In this document: one piece after another, positions 25,560 to 51,100 of the stretch | Position numbering within the stretch: position 1 is the stretch's first letter | Layout: each line of letters opens with the position of its first letter | Source: Trichoplax adhaerens | Lineage: Eukaryota; Animalia; Placozoa | Assembly: GCF_000150275.1 (NCBI RefSeq) | Contig: NW_002060951.1 | Location: 2,910,580 to 2,974,579 of the forward strand | Direction: 5' to 3' | Length of the DNA stretch: 64,000 nucleotides | Program-made: the position numbers and the translations under genes | Notes under the pieces: generated by a model | What the model saw: only the letters and a program-made list of their open reading frames with translations | Database searches by the model: none | What the model was told of the DNA's origin: nothing

Positions 25560-28189
25560 TTAAAATTTATGTTTTCTTCGACGACCGGTGTATTTAGAAT
25601 CGGCGCGAATTTCGCTATAAATATAAAAGAGATTACGCATATAAGTTTTCAGCATAAGATACCAATCTTGTCAAGTCTGCTAAGTAGCTGCAGATCTTCA
25701 GTGTTAATGGAGGATGAAGTTTAATTTTACAAAAACATAGACAATACTTACAAGCCCTGCCTTCGCCGTCTCTGCTTCTTATGAAGAATCCAATCTCTAC
25801 TTTTCTTTCTTGCATGTGCTGGTGCTGCTAGCTTGTTTTTACTACCAGAAAATCTACGCAATTTATTCGTATCAAATTTACGGTATTTACTAATACAATA
25901 TTAATACACTCAAACCTTTCATTTGTAAATTGTACTACATTCGCGATCGGACTAAAGGTAGTATCCAAGCCCTGATAATTATATATAAAGATGTGTTACA
26001 TTTAAGCCTGTCAAATAATATAATTAAGTCAAAAAATGTCTTCAAAAGTTATCTATCAAATTTTATAGTAGGTTTATTATTAATTAGTTATCACCATCGT
26101 AAAGAGTATTAATTGTTAAATATAGAACTTTGACCTGAGGTAACTGAGCTGCTGCAGTTTGTCCAGTGAATAAGCACAGGAACATCCTAAAATAAATTAA
26201 AAATTTCTTAACATCCATTAAATTTCTGTAATTCACAATTATCAATTAACTTTTTAGCTCTGGTGCTGTTTGGATAGTCAACAGTTATACCGCCCGTAAA
26301 ACCAGCTTTCATTGCTGCTGTAGTGATCAGTTCTAGCTATACTCGTATTTATTGGTAATACGTAGTTGAAGATAGCAAAAATATCGTCGCAGGAATGAGT
26401 CATATATTGGAGTAAGGTTACTAGTAGTATTATCTTAAATAAAAAATTCAAAACCTGTTCAGAGTTTTCTGGATATAGCTGAAAAACAGCACGGGCGCCC
26501 CTAGCCTATTGAATGATATATATTCAATACGATAGTCATGGCTAGGTTGCCTATTCAAAAGATTTTTTTCTTATGCCGTACTATGACTAACATCAAATAT
26601 TGCAAAATATACGTGCATAAGCATATGTACACCTCATACCATTGCGATATAAAGACTGCAGAAAAAGCGATATAAACGATGGGCTGGTCTGTGATGTTTC
26701 TTATTTGCGTTGCAAAGCCATTGTATAGCGGAAATGCTTAAGATTTGAATTTGTTTGAAAAGTATAGTACATTATCATAATGTATTCTCGTTGACGATGT
26801 TTGAACTTATCCCAAAATTACGATTACTCCGGTGTACCTGATGACACCATCGAACGTGCCAGGTCGAAAACCAATTCCGTCTCCCATGTCTTGTAAGAAT
26901 AGATCGCCATTTACTTCTCTCCAAGCAGCAACATCTAACGTTTAGTAACGAAAATCGGAGCATTAAGCTAAAGTTCGTATTATTTTAACTTGAAGTACTA
27001 TTGATTTATCGAAGATTATTATTGAATTTAGGAATAGTTCGTCTATACTGTATCTTAAAAATTTCAATTAATGCCAATTCTTGGATAGTATATCTTAATA
27101 ATATCTAGCAGCGGATGTTAAGCGGAAGTGCTCATGCTAAAATGGATTCTCTTATTAGCAGTGGCACAAACGTTCCATTTACTGTACAGCACTGTACGTA
27201 CAGTATATTGAGGGCATACAGGAATATACTAATGAGACAGGATTTACCCAATTCGAACTTAGGATTCTACAGGAATTTGATAGCATTATCATGAAACATC
27301 CGCTTACCGAGCATAGCTTTACTTATATCTAACCCAATCCAGAAATGACCCATTTCCGAGATAATTTCGCCGCTTAAGCCAGATCCGCATCTATCCAAAT
27401 GAATACAACAACGTTCAATAGGTTATCGAAACTTGATACTTATAATTTTAAAGGTAACTAGTTACTTTACATTATGACTTATACAAAGTATTTTATACAG
27501 TTTACGTTAGGCATTTGCTCTTACCCGACGTCTAAAATCAATGAGGGTTGTCCCGATGGTAAGGACAACAATTCCATTGCTCTCTCACTCATTCGAAATT
27601 GGACATCAATAACTCTTGAACTGAAGTACGTGAAATAAATACGCGTATTTCAAACTATAGTAAGTTCATGACATGTTTAATTCCAATAGCACTTCTTACT
27701 TGTTAGTATACTTCGTGGATTCTCTTTCGTTATAGTACTACAATAAAAGAAGATCACAATTTCTCCTAAGAACTCTCCAAGTAATGTACAGTACTATAGA
27801 GTCTAAGTGAAAAAATTTATAATATACTGTACCGTATAATAATCGTAAAATAGCGAATTACAGGCTAATGATGAGCAATGACGAATTGAAAAAAATACAG
27901 TCATTAAAATCGTCGAACTTTCTAAATATCATCTCAGTATGTAGATATGCTTTTCACTACCGTACATTACAGTATACTAAAATGTTAGAGGTTAATCTAC
28001 ATTTGCCGCTATTACAGAAATAGTGATATTATACTGACATAAACTTGCTGCTAGACATCAGTCTTAATCAGTCAAAGCAAAAAGCAAAAAGCAATAAGCG
28101 GCTGTCTACAACCACGCACGATTCGTGGTTAAAAGAACGCTAAAATTTTATACCAATTCTGGTGGTCCACCATGTTCGGGCCTGGGCAT
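25560..28189 (-). CDS. BUD23: 18S rRNA m7G methyltransferase (WBSCR22)
   Basis: [12 protein letters not shown]|YYNE, LDVG|CGSGLSG (SAM motif I), [78 protein letters not shown]. 12 GT-AG exons traced. Confidence 0.96.
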
Positions 28190-28883
28190 TTTGATTAGCG
28201 CAAATTTGATTTAAGATTAATTAATTTTAATTTTATTTTACTGTATTTTATTATTGAGTACAAGTAGTTTAACCTTGAAAGTTTCCTTTAGAACACTACA
28301 GTACTGTAGGTGGTTATTTCTGTCATGGACTACTACTGTAGATAGGCGCACACTAGAAGTCCATAGTACTGACTACACAGTGTACTGTACAGTACAGTAT
28401 TACAAGTGCGGTACGGTACGTACAGTACAGTATAGTGGTCTAAGAGCCAACGGCCTTTTTGTACTAAAGTAACATTTTTATTTCTCGAGTGATGTTTATT
28501 ATGTTTTTTATATTTACAGTATGCAGTAGTCTCACTCCATGCGCATTTCTATTTTTATATAGAAGTTAGAATTTTATAAGCCGAGTGATGTTTTTATAAT
28601 TCACGGAGTAGTTTCATACGCAGAGTAACGTTTTATATCGCTCCATTTGTAAGCTGAGTGATGCTTTTATTTCATGAATGTGTTTTATGTACTGTATACA
28701 GTCTATTTGTGGAGCGTTATCGAGCATAGTCATTAAACGTAGATAAATGTCTATTTCGATTGCTTCTTCCGAAGGTCTGACTCCCTGTCGCTCAAGTCGA
28801 AATCGAATTTGTTCATCAAGATCGTAGAAATATTTCTGAACGCAAGCAGGTCCATTACCCACTTCATTGCAAACTTAATCGTT

Positions 28884-29130
28884 GTACAGTACTGTACTGT
28901 ACAGTACAGTACCTTGTACAGTATGTACTGTACATACTGTACAGTACTGTACTGTACAGTGTACAATACAGTGTACAATACAGTGTACTGTACTGTAAAG
29001 TACAGTAAAGTACGGTATCTACCAATACAGTACTGTACAGTAGAACTCGACAGGAAGTGCACGTGTGATCCATACTGTACGAATATGTTTTTACAGTCCA
29101 TACTGTACAGTGTACAGTACTGTACTACGT
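28884..29130. repeat. TACTG/CAGTA array between BUD23 and RPS14 (second block at about 28296-28435)
   Basis: Longest array in the window; it produces the YCTVQYST pseudo-ORFs. Confidence 0.92.
29050..29065 (+). promoter_or_regulatory. Abutting ETS site and E-box (ACAGGAAGTG-CACGTG) in the BUD23/RPS14 promoter
   Basis: Consensus motifs in a short unique island inside the repeat array, about 100-150 bp upstream of the RPS14 first exon. Confidence 0.5.
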
Positions 29131-29660
29131 ATTCCAAGTAACTGCACAGCTTCGAGCGCGAGTATTTTCTACCTTGCAAGCTTGTTTCCAAGGTCTCTGA
29201 CAAAATTTTATCAAGGTGAGGTACAGCTACCCGCTATCGATTAGATATCTGACTGCATCCGTCCTTATTTAAGGCTGATTATTTGAGAGAATTACTGGTT
29301 TTTGCTAATTTATATGAATTTCGATTGATTGTATGCGAAAAGGATATGTTTTACCGGATATTTTATCGTATTTTTATGATATTTGTCAAGTGTGTTGAAA
29401 CAGTTCGCATAGTGTAGTTCTTTTACATGATGTGTTTGTACTTTATAACTTTATGTCTGCAAGTTTAGTACTTATAAGATAATATATGCGGATTGTCTAT
29501 GTGCTCTTGCACAATCTCTGCGATTTACGTTACGATTTCGTCTTTTAATGCTTGATGATGAGGGCTATCTAATCCTAGATAGTAAAAATTAGAATTTATT
29601 TGAGGACAGCATAGTAAAGTATCCTTTTGAAAATTTTATGTCTAGGTAGAAAAGAGAAAC

Positions 29661-31099
<1,439 letters not shown>

Positions 31100-31885
31100 T
31101 GTAGTAATTTCTGTAAAGTAATAACACAGTATTATTTGCAATAAAGACGATGAAACTATTTCAATGATAACTACTGGCAATTGATTCTGAGTTCTTGCTA
31201 TGCTCATGTACTAATTACTGTAATTTGGGATATGGATGTTTTTGATGAAATTTTAGTATAAATTCAGCAAAGAAACTTGATACAAGGCTTTGATTAGATA
31301 CAACTAGTCCCCTTTACCGCTTCGCAGGGATTAATTTTATTATATCTATATGTATATTTCGTGTTACTATTAGGTATTTCAAATATTATTTGGGTATATT
31401 TATCGTACAGGTTTAGCGTAGTATTAGTACATTTATTTGTTATTTTTGATATATAAAATACTATAGTTACATCATGAAATTTTACGATCTTTTGAACGTA
31501 GAAATCGCTGTTTGGCAAGTATTTGTACCATTTGAGATATTTAGTGATCAGCTGGTTGTCAAGTACAAGTTTAATCATAAAGCACATTTTCAGAAATTTA
31601 AAAGGAAATTTACTGTTTTATTGCATGGAGTATGTCTAATATGGTATAATACTGTATGATTGTAAGGAACTTACTGCTGTTCTAGCTAAAGTACATTTAT
31701 TATTAATACTTGTCAAAGAACAGACCAATCATTTTCTTATATTGTTGCAAAACATTTTAAGTACCATACAGAATTGAGTCATGTTTTTATAGTGAAATTG
31801 CTGCTGGTACAGTAATTACCAATTCCATGAGTCTTGGAACTTAGCAAGAGCAATCAGGCTTTCTGGTTGATGTGCCAATTTGATT

Positions 31886-34800
31886 TTATTCTCGTTTTGC
31901 TGAGGCATTATATCGCGTCAGTAAAAACGTGTAACAGGCGTCGCATACGCGAACTGGCTTCGCAGACGATGGTAGCGGCATATTATTATCAGAACAATTT
32001 CCACAAAAAACTCCACCACAGTGACGGCAATGGTGCTGTGATTGAAGATACATCTAATTTAGAAAATAGATTTCGGCCCTGTGCTTTTCTAACGTTTAGG
32101 CTTACCTTTCTCCTTGAAACACTAAAGGATTTTTTACATTGCTGACAATCAGAGATTGCTTTATCGTCAATCCAGACGCTTTCCTAGACCGCAAATATGG
32201 TAGTAATATGCCTCCCGTTAACCTTAATACTGAAGATTATAACATTACAGAGTATTGACTCTTTAAGTACAAAGTGACGTTCGTAATGATTTACACCATG
32301 ATTTACAAATGCGGAGTATCTCCCTGAAAGTCGCTATTTATCTGTTTGAATGACAAACAGGCATATTTGTACTCTAAGGCATAAAAATAAATTTAGATGC
32401 AAATAAAGGACGATTTCCAACTTATCTGTAGACTGTAGTAGCTTTATCCTACAATATATAGTTTCTAATTTATTGAAGATAATGCGAAGGTTACAGCTCG
32501 TATTTTAGCTCTAACACTCAGTGAAACGGACTGTAGATCTCGTTGAGAAATACCTCAGTGCTTTGTGCGTATATTGTAATATGATATTCAGTCTAATTGT
32601 AGAATTTGACGGTGTCGTTTATAAGTATTATAAGATTTTAATCTCGTGCACAAAATATAATAAATCACAGTATTTGTGACAGAGTTACGCTATTTCATCT
32701 GAGAAGCGTACTTCTTAGGCGCTCCTTACCGAAAATGCTTTTGATACTTCTTTATAGTCTGAGGCTTTTAAGTGTGCTCTTAAAAAGAATTTGAAAAGAA
32801 AATGCGAATAAGCGATAGCGAAACAAATTTTAAATACGAGTAGTATAAGATGCGCCGCCATAAATACTTACTTGCTTAAATGTTCTCCCATTTCTATTAG
32901 GGCCTGGTTTTAATTATGAAGAGTGAATTGGATTGATTTAAATTATATAGTAGCAGATAATCTACTCAAACATTAATCTAGACGTACGTCTGCATTATTT
33001 AAAGAATGACGTAATCATAATAATTTCTGCTTTGATTGGTTTTATTACTAAAGAAATCGCGTAAGACCTATCAATATAGTACGGGGTATACTACAATGTA
33101 TATAATTACGTATTTAAATGCTTATAGAATATCATAGTACAAGTCATATTGTATAGCACTTAATTTTAAATAAACTTAATTTGTTTTGAAAGGCTTTTCT
33201 TATAAATAATATGTTAATTATTGCATAATTCATGAAACATTTTTTACGGTCAAGTGATTGTACATACTATAGTATTATCGGCATTAGTCATGGTTACGGC
33301 TTAGCTGAATGATTTTATTTGCTGGCTCTACCGTCTAACTACATGAGTGCCTAGTATTCTGATGGCAATATTTAGTATATTTTAAAACGTTTAGCTGAGA
33401 CTTTGAGAAACAACCGAGAATATAGAGAATTGAATTAAGAGCACTATTTTACATGTTTGCACATCCGTATTGATGATGTTGCTGTAACTGTACTTGTCTG
33501 ATTATATCAAGATCATTCCTTAGAGGGTGTGAGAATGACATAAGAAAGAAAGAATTACTAAAGAGTGAAATGAATACCTACGGTTCGTGCAATTACAACA
33601 GATACTCATGGTTACATATACGTTTTGCTGGTATAATTTTTACCAGTTTACTTACGAGCTCACGCTCTTCGTAATTCTTTTGTAATTCCTTACATTTTTG
33701 TTCTAGTTCATTCATTTTCTAATAAGAGTTCGTAATTTTGAAGAAAGTCGGAAATCTGATTAAGAACATAATCGTGGTGACTAATTAAATATCTATGGTA
33801 TTTGAACCGTTAAAACGCACAGATTTATCTTTGTTTAGTTTCCGTTGACTGTCACGCAGAATTTCGTTTTCTTTCTGCAAATCGGCAAGGGTTGCCTTTT
33901 AAATTAAATCCATTTAGATAAATTATTTTTGCAAAAAGCTACTTGAAAAATTTATGAATTTAGCTAATTCAAAGCAAGAAAATATAGATGATTTATATGG
34001 AGTGACAGTGAAGCTGTAAACTTTTGTACCACGAATAATTCTGTAGTACACTATACCTGAATATCATTTCTCTCCTGCAACTGCTGAGTTAGTTCTGATT
34101 GCAAGCTTGAGCTAACAGATGTAGCAAGCAATAAGTCAATTGCTTCGAATATAAATAGTTTAAAAATTGAATCAATTTTGTAAATTATGCGTAGTATAAC
34201 CGAACCATTGTTCTTCCATCAGTTGTAGACGAAATTTTAGTTGCTCCGAGGCTTTTGTGTGTTTTTCTAATTCAATACCATTCGCTTCTTTGCTATTAAG
34301 AACTTCTGTTTTAGATAATACTACAATGCTAATTACAATAGCTTAAAACGATACGAATGTAATTGTTTACGTTAATCGTAGGTCCCGTATTATACCATCT
34401 TTTTCATCACATCTCCTTTGCAGTGTGTCAATCAGATCTAGATTGGACTTGCTCGAGGAATTGGTATCCTGGTAGTAGGTACAAAATTTGTTCTATCTTA
34501 AGATCAATAATTAACTAAATGGTTGCGGATTTAAACGTGGTTGTCAATCTTAACTCTACTTTGGAGGGACAGTACTTTCAAAGATATAAATCTTCGTTCT
34601 ATATATACCTTGCTCTGCCATTCAATTAGCAGTTGCTTAACATCACCGAGCTGTTGTCTCAAAGCGCTTATTGTGTCATCTTTTTCATGGATACTTTGCC
34701 ATGCTGCTTTTAGAGAAGACTGTACAATAAGCATAGAGTATGGAGATATGACTGATGAAAAGGATAATCATGATAAAGTGACCAGCATGCAGCCCCTCAT

Positions 34801-37530
34801 TAACAATAACAAATCATTTACATTATTATATTCTTAAACCAACGATACGCTATTGCTACTTATCTACAAATACTACGCAAAGCAATATAAAATGCAACAT
34901 GTACTCAGTCTTATTACACTGGTTTCTTCTTTAGTTTTTAACAGGTCGCGTACTTTTTCTTCTGCTTGCTAAAGCCAAAAGAAATATACTTAAGAGTTTT
35001 AAAATAAGTCAAGCACACACTGATCATCGCACTTTTATGGAATTTTAATTAATCGCGTATTGTATTACATTTCGTAATTCCTTTTCATTTTCTACAGACT
35101 TTTGCAGTTTCGCGTATAGTTCTTCTAGACTAGTTCTAAAAATAGAACGATTCGGCAATTTAAGATTCTGTTACAGATTTTAAGGATAAGACTAAAGAAT
35201 CTGCATATACTTTCTTTCATTAGCGGATTTTCTCTCAGCAGCAAGGTCCAATTCATGCTTCTGAAGATAAAGGTGATTAATTTCCGATTAATAGGACTGT
35301 TCTCGGAACTACAGAAATACACATTAAATTCATGTGGTAGATATGGAAATGACATCATTAACCGGTTAAATTACCATAGAAGCCTGCTGGAAATCTTTGT
35401 TGAGATTTGATATTATATTCTTCAATTTTTCATTTTGTTCTTTCTCACATTGGCCCTTTGCTAAAGCTATGGTTAAATTGTTGCTCATTTGCGTTGTTAA
35501 CTGATTTGAAGAATCTAGTTTCTTCGTAAGCGTTGTGATAGTTGATCTACAGTACAGGAAAAGAATTGGCATGCATAACAAATCATTCGGAATATTTGCA
35601 CATCGATAGTAATACTTTACGAAATCTTTCAAGTTTAGCGGTAAGTTTACGTAGTTGAAAAAGCAACAAATAATATTTTCAAATTTATAGCAAAAAATCT
35701 ATATTAAGCGAACTTTAAATTCCCATTTAATTCTTCTAAGTAACACTTTTGATCAAGAATTGCATCATAGTCGGTGTTTTCCCTATGAGAAGCAATCAAC
35801 TAAGTAAGGTGTAATGATTTTTGACAAAATAAGGCTCTTTAGTCATTGTATCCGGTAGCATTAATGTGTTTAACAAAGTTTTGGCGATCGATTAATTACA
35901 TTACAATTGTAGTGTTCGAATTCTAGTTTTACCTGTTATTATCTTCACTACCTTCATATCCTACAGCATTTTCATCTTTGAAATACATGGATAAATTAAT
36001 AACTAAGGGCTAGAATAATAAAACTTATATCACGGGTTTTGCCAATTTATTGCTGGCATTTCTTAACGGAATCGTAACTATCGATAGCTAAGTTTAACCT
36101 GTGTGTCTAAGTTAATGCCTTTCATTGGGATATTAATATCAATTACGTTCAGGCCAATCAATAAGCCAGCAATGACAGAACTTTCTTCATGCATCAGGGT
36201 CGCATAGCTTTCATAAAATTCGCTGAATAATTTGCAATCGATATAACACTAAGTAATTTTTATAGAGTATTGAAGAAGAAGCAAGGACAAAAGACATCTG
36301 TCTATGATATAAATTTTGAAGGCGCTTATGGCTTACCTTAAGAAATTATCTCTACAATTGATAATTTTTAAGAAGTAAGTTGATAATTTTTTCTGCATTA
36401 AAGCAATTCTAAGCCAAGCTCGCCATCGACCTACATTCGATCTGAATATAGGAAATGTTTGGCATACGTGTGTGAAATAGATAGTTTAAAATGATGAGGA
36501 ACTATTTATAACATCTTTTGTCCGATTCGTCTCGATGATTTTTAAATAATTAAACGTCCACACAGTCGATAACATCAATAAACTTGATACTATAAGACTG
36601 TACCGCGTATGATTAGCAAAATCGCAGTATTTGTGTGAATTATACGTTGATTAATTAGTAAAATGCTGCGAAGAATTAAACAGTTGCCTTTGAGCTCTTT
36701 CAGTAGCCTCTATAAAAATATCGCTTTTCATGCAGATAAAGGACTTAGTTATATTCCCTATTTATTTATAGCGCTATATCTTCGAATCTCGATAAATCTT
36801 TCTGATATCAACATATGTAATAGCGGTGTTTACTGCACGACGATAATATAGTAATAGCGTTTATTTTACATATCTGATACACGATTTTAGGACGAAATTA
36901 TCATTTAACCCTTAATACAATTAGTAAGTGGCCGATATCAACAAATGGTTATCTAAGTTAAAATAAAGTAACTAATGTTATGGAAAGCTAGCGTTAAGGG
37001 CACATAGGGCTGACAATTAACATTAAGCAAACGATACAATCCTAGTTGCATACCTAACACTTGGTAGGCTTCTACAACTACGAATGCTTTGATTTAGTTC
37101 TTCATCACAAGCAATCTTACAGTAGGCCTCGATTATATCCCAAGGTTCCTTACGACGACCAAGAATCATTCGTTTACCTTATGTTAATACAGCATGAATT
37201 CGAGTAAAATAGCATGGAGTATTATTTATAACAATAAATTACAAAAACTCTTTATGCAGTGTTTAGAAATTCTAGCAAACCTTTCAAGCCGTGTCGCAAA
37301 AGTAATTCCAACGCTACAAATAACTCAAGTAGCGGTGGAAAATCAGGGTTCTCCAGGTGTCTGCCTATCCTTAGGGAAGCATCAATAAGTGATTTAATAC
37401 TTAGTTTAGACAAACTTAATATGTTTCTTCTCTCAATCAATCGAACAGGATCGTCCGGTGTGGCCACCGATAAGTCATGGTCTTCATCATAAATTGGATG
37501 AAAATCACTTGCATGAGATGGACTAGACAT
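31886..37530 (-). CDS. RUFY2: RUN and FYVE domain-containing protein (RUFY1/2/3 pro-ortholog)
   Basis: RUN start ERRNILSLSKLSIKSLI...LELLLRHGLK, long coiled-coil exons, FYVE WIDDKAISDCQQCKKSFSVSRRK|HHCRHCGGVFCGNCS...VRVCDAC, stop at 31886-31888. The paralog number is nominal. Confidence 0.92.
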
Positions 37531-37583
37531 TTTGAGGATCGGTAATTTGTCTCGTTTGTTATTAACACAAACACAAACACAAA

Positions 37584-37725
37584 CAGTACAGTATGTTGTA
37601 CAGTACTGTATCATTTTCCCATCTTTCTAATGTACTGTACTGCACGTACAGTACTGTACTGTACTGTACAGTATAGTACTGTACAGTACTGTACACTGTA
37701 TCAAACGTACAGTACAGTACAGTAT
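37584..37725. repeat. TACTG/CAGTA array between RUFY and STK36
   Basis: Direct reading of the repeats. Confidence 0.9.
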
Positions 37726-38200
37726 CAATCGCTGAAAGTGCGGAGCTCTAAGGACTGTGCATCGTTGGTGTACGGGTGAATAACTATTTCACTATCATTT
37801 CAACTTCAATTAATTAAGTACAGTACAGTATCTTCTGCTATACAGTACTCATTTAAAGTCAAGATCTGGTTGGTTCGCATTTCATTTGGTTCGAGTCAGT
37901 TTATTCGAGGAAATTTATCCAGATATTCAGGTTCGAGCTAAGTCAAACTACCGATTTGTTTTATTGTAGCACTTTGTTGGCTGTACAGTATACCAAAGAC
38001 CACTGGTCTGGTACATGCGCGTAAATAGCACTATAATAAATAGATAGATAAATTAAAATTAAAATTATTATTTATCGGTATGCGCCTAAAATCGTATATT
38101 ACTATACGTACATAGTCGCACACCGCATATTGTAACTACAACAATAGCTTTAAATTTAATTTTTTTTATTGCAATGAATAGTCCACTCTAGATTTAGGCG

Positions 38201-47758
<9,558 letters not shown>

Positions 47759-48163
47759 TGATCGAAATGAAAAATTTGCTGTTATCTTACTGATGTGGCG
47801 ACGCGTTTTATTTATTTTATATTGTATGTACTTGAAATAATTAGTAACGTGTAAAATTAGTTGAGCCTTGATGGTATCAGTGATTGTCATAAATACCATA
47901 GTGGTATAAGTGGCAAACATTTTATTATCATGAATGACATAAAAGGTTTTATAAACGATACTTTTGTAACATGTTTAGAACTATTAATTGGATGGTCGTT
48001 TGCTATGTTCTTCATTTTATTAATTGATTTTCTAGTTTTGAACGTACCGATAAGTTAGTTGTATAACTATTAAGAGTGCTGTTTGAACTTCTATAATACG
48101 AACCGTACTTTACTATACTGTACAGTATATAGTATATAACATATACTGTATACTGAAGGAACA

Positions 48164-51100
48164 TTAGTACGAGCATGTACACTGGAAAGAGGTAGTTTTA
48201 TAAAAGAAATTGATGAAGATATCGATCATGATGGAATTTCCAGCTGTACATAGCACCTAGGAAGGAAAAAGATGTTAGGTAGTTAATAGTGATTCGATGA
48301 ATAATAAATTATTTCATAATTAGTTGATTCTATCCCACCGGTTTACTATTAAGATTCTCATTTATTTGGATTGCGAAATTTGGAGATGACGAAGTAGGAA
48401 TAGTTGCGGTAACTTCACCATTAATAGTAGTATGTGTTACGTGGTGGTTATCCCCTACTGTAATGAACTAGATAGAAAGCACATTGCATTTAAGTTACAT
48501 TACCATTGACGTTTACCTAACAGGCTAAAACTTTATCAGTATAATAATTCCATAAATCTAACCGGAGGTACGTACATTTCCATCGTAAAAGACTACGTCA
48601 CGAACACAAGCGGTTATATCATTGCAGCTCGATGTAAGAGTTCTAGACTGCAGGTGCCAAATAGATAGACCAGTAGCTCCACCACATGCCTAGAAATGAC
48701 GATATATGAAAATACTTGATAATAGCGAAGGTATCAATTCGATAACAACTGGACGTTATGTTGAAAAGTTATTGAAACTATAGATAATTTTAATTATAAT
48801 TGAAAAATCATTGCTTGAGAATGTATATTTATACATTATATATTATATACATTAGCTGATAATCCTAATCGCTTGCTAGGTGAGAAATATATCCGACTAT
48901 TTTATTGGCATCAAAATTACTTTAACTCGGAACTATCATCTGAGATACTAATGCAACTTACCATCCAGTTACCATCAGTATCGGTTGCCATAGCAGAAAT
49001 CCATTTGCCACCTCCATGATGGCTTAGTTGCTAAAGCATGAAATCAGAAACTTTTAGATTGTCAACATCATATAATCTAATTATTCTCGGTATCTCTCAT
49101 ATGCTTGAAGGTTACGCTACATATTGAAGTAAAATAGTAATAAAATATTGTACGTACTGGTCAGCGATTTATGAGAAGTAGAATTAATTTTTACCTGATG
49201 TTTGTAAGGTTCAATTATAGCAATTTGAGAGGGCTTACGATTATCTACACCGCGAAATGATTTGATGTATGAAAGTAAAGCAGCGATGAATATTGTGATA
49301 ATGTAAAAGTATCTATTATGGGTTATTACCCCAAAATCGTACTGATCCATCTTCAGAGGAGCTAATACACGCCTTCGATTGGGGATCTAAGACTATGCTA
49401 TGTATGCTGTCCTCATGACCAACCATGCTGCACTGAAATTTAAGTTAACATAATTAATACATCTTCATGAGCTTTTACAATCTATGCGAAATGCATTCTG
49501 TTAACCTTATTGTGTCCACTTTTCAAATCGTAACCATAAATTCTCCCATCTCCGCAACCACAATATAGGATATTTTCCTACAGAACGTAATTATAATGAT
49601 AACCAAAGGGTGCTTCGTTAAAAAAATTTATCAACTGTATAACATAATTGAACAGCTCCTAATGGAAAATTTATTATCTAACTGATCTAGAGTTAGCTAC
49701 AGCAGCGTATTATTAACTACAACACATACAAGCTTATTCGGGTGCTATAAGCAAATTATGAATAGTAGGATAATTCGGTACCTCTTCATTCCAAACCAGA
49801 GAATTGACTTGCGCTGATTTATATTGTTTACTGAGGTCGTAAAGTAGTTTAATCATCGTCATAAGCGTATTCGTTATTGTAGTTAAAAATCTCGTAAAGT
49901 CAAGACTTATATGAGATATTTCTATCAATACATGATACTTGTTTATAGATAAATGATATGAATCGGTTTCTACCTCGACGGAATGTAGATTTTCCATACT
50001 TCATGAATATCCTATTTATTAGCAGTTTTTGATCTCACGCACAACATCACAATTTAACACTCTTTCTAAATTATTTCCTATCTAATAAAATCTTAAAATT
50101 GTGACTTACCTTATCAAGAATCTCGCTCCATTTATAGCCAACAATTCTATCTAATATACCACTTCAAAAAAAAGATAAGTAAGAAGAATAAAATATTCAG
50201 CATTACAATGAGGTAATGAACTCGTCTGCTAATTTTAATGTGTTACTGGTGTATGATTATGAAAAAAGTTTAATTACGATACAGAGAATCAGTGTTTATT
50301 CTTTCTAGGAAATTTGTGTAGAGTTATTATATAGTACTGTAAGGGGCTACGATGTAATAGGTAGGCAATTCCTGTCTGATTATAATTACAGTATATTATT
50401 TATTGAATTTATTAGGTCTCACCAAACAAGATATGTTGAAGTTGACGTTAAAGCATAAATGGGTCCAGAATGCACTACACCGATACAAAAAAATATGCAT
50501 ATGTAATTAGCCAAAGCATCTACATATCTAAGTTAAAAATTTATCCAATAAATTAAATTTTATAATACTGTACAGCTGACTTATACAGTACTACATATAA
50601 ATCTATTTTGACCCAGCCGTATAGCCCCTGCTGTGTCCTTGTTTATATAGTAAGCTTGACGAAGTAAGAATATCGCTGGCTTTACAATTTAGCCAGAAAT
50701 GAAATGTTCTCATTCCGTAAGTCAATTTTAATACAACCTTGAATAATGCGTTTGATAATTTCTTTTTCCTTAGCTAGTACTGTCGAATTAAGGGCAGACT
50801 CTAATCTAAGAAGTCGGTTGATGGTATTAGTGGAATCTTTATTAAAAGCAAACTGTAATGTTTGAAGATCCTTTTACTCATCGTGATTGAAAGCTGTAAT
50901 TTATATTTTTATCATATATGAATATTGATAACAACTAAGAATAATTTACAGTTCAGTGATGAGTAACTTATCAACAACTTACTGAAATATAAAGATTCGA
51001 CCAAAGTTGTCGCCTGCAGCTAGTAATTTTCCACATGGAGAGTAACATAGCGAATATACTACGCCATACATATCCATGCGTTCTGCTAGGATTGCCTTCT

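Noticed and set aside
28771-28780. GAAGGTCTGA resembling RNase P RNA CR-I
   Set aside because: No complementary CR-V (TTCAGAC) downstream; repeats begin about 100 nt later.
28751-29203. Overlapping ORFs rich in YCTVQYST (also 16381, 52182, 59828-60180)
   Set aside because: Translations of the TACTG/CAGTA repeat, which lacks stop codons; no evidence of coding function.
29619-29628. U12-like donor GTATCCTTTT in RPS14 intron 1 (also GTATCCTT at 2584)
   Set aside because: No upstream exon; the RPS14 copy is under 30 nt from the acceptor. Canonical donors explain both introns.
31834-32145. 103-aa plus-strand ORF (also 34541, 37194, 37259, 6226)
   Set aside because: Antisense shadows of real RUFY or BLMH exons.
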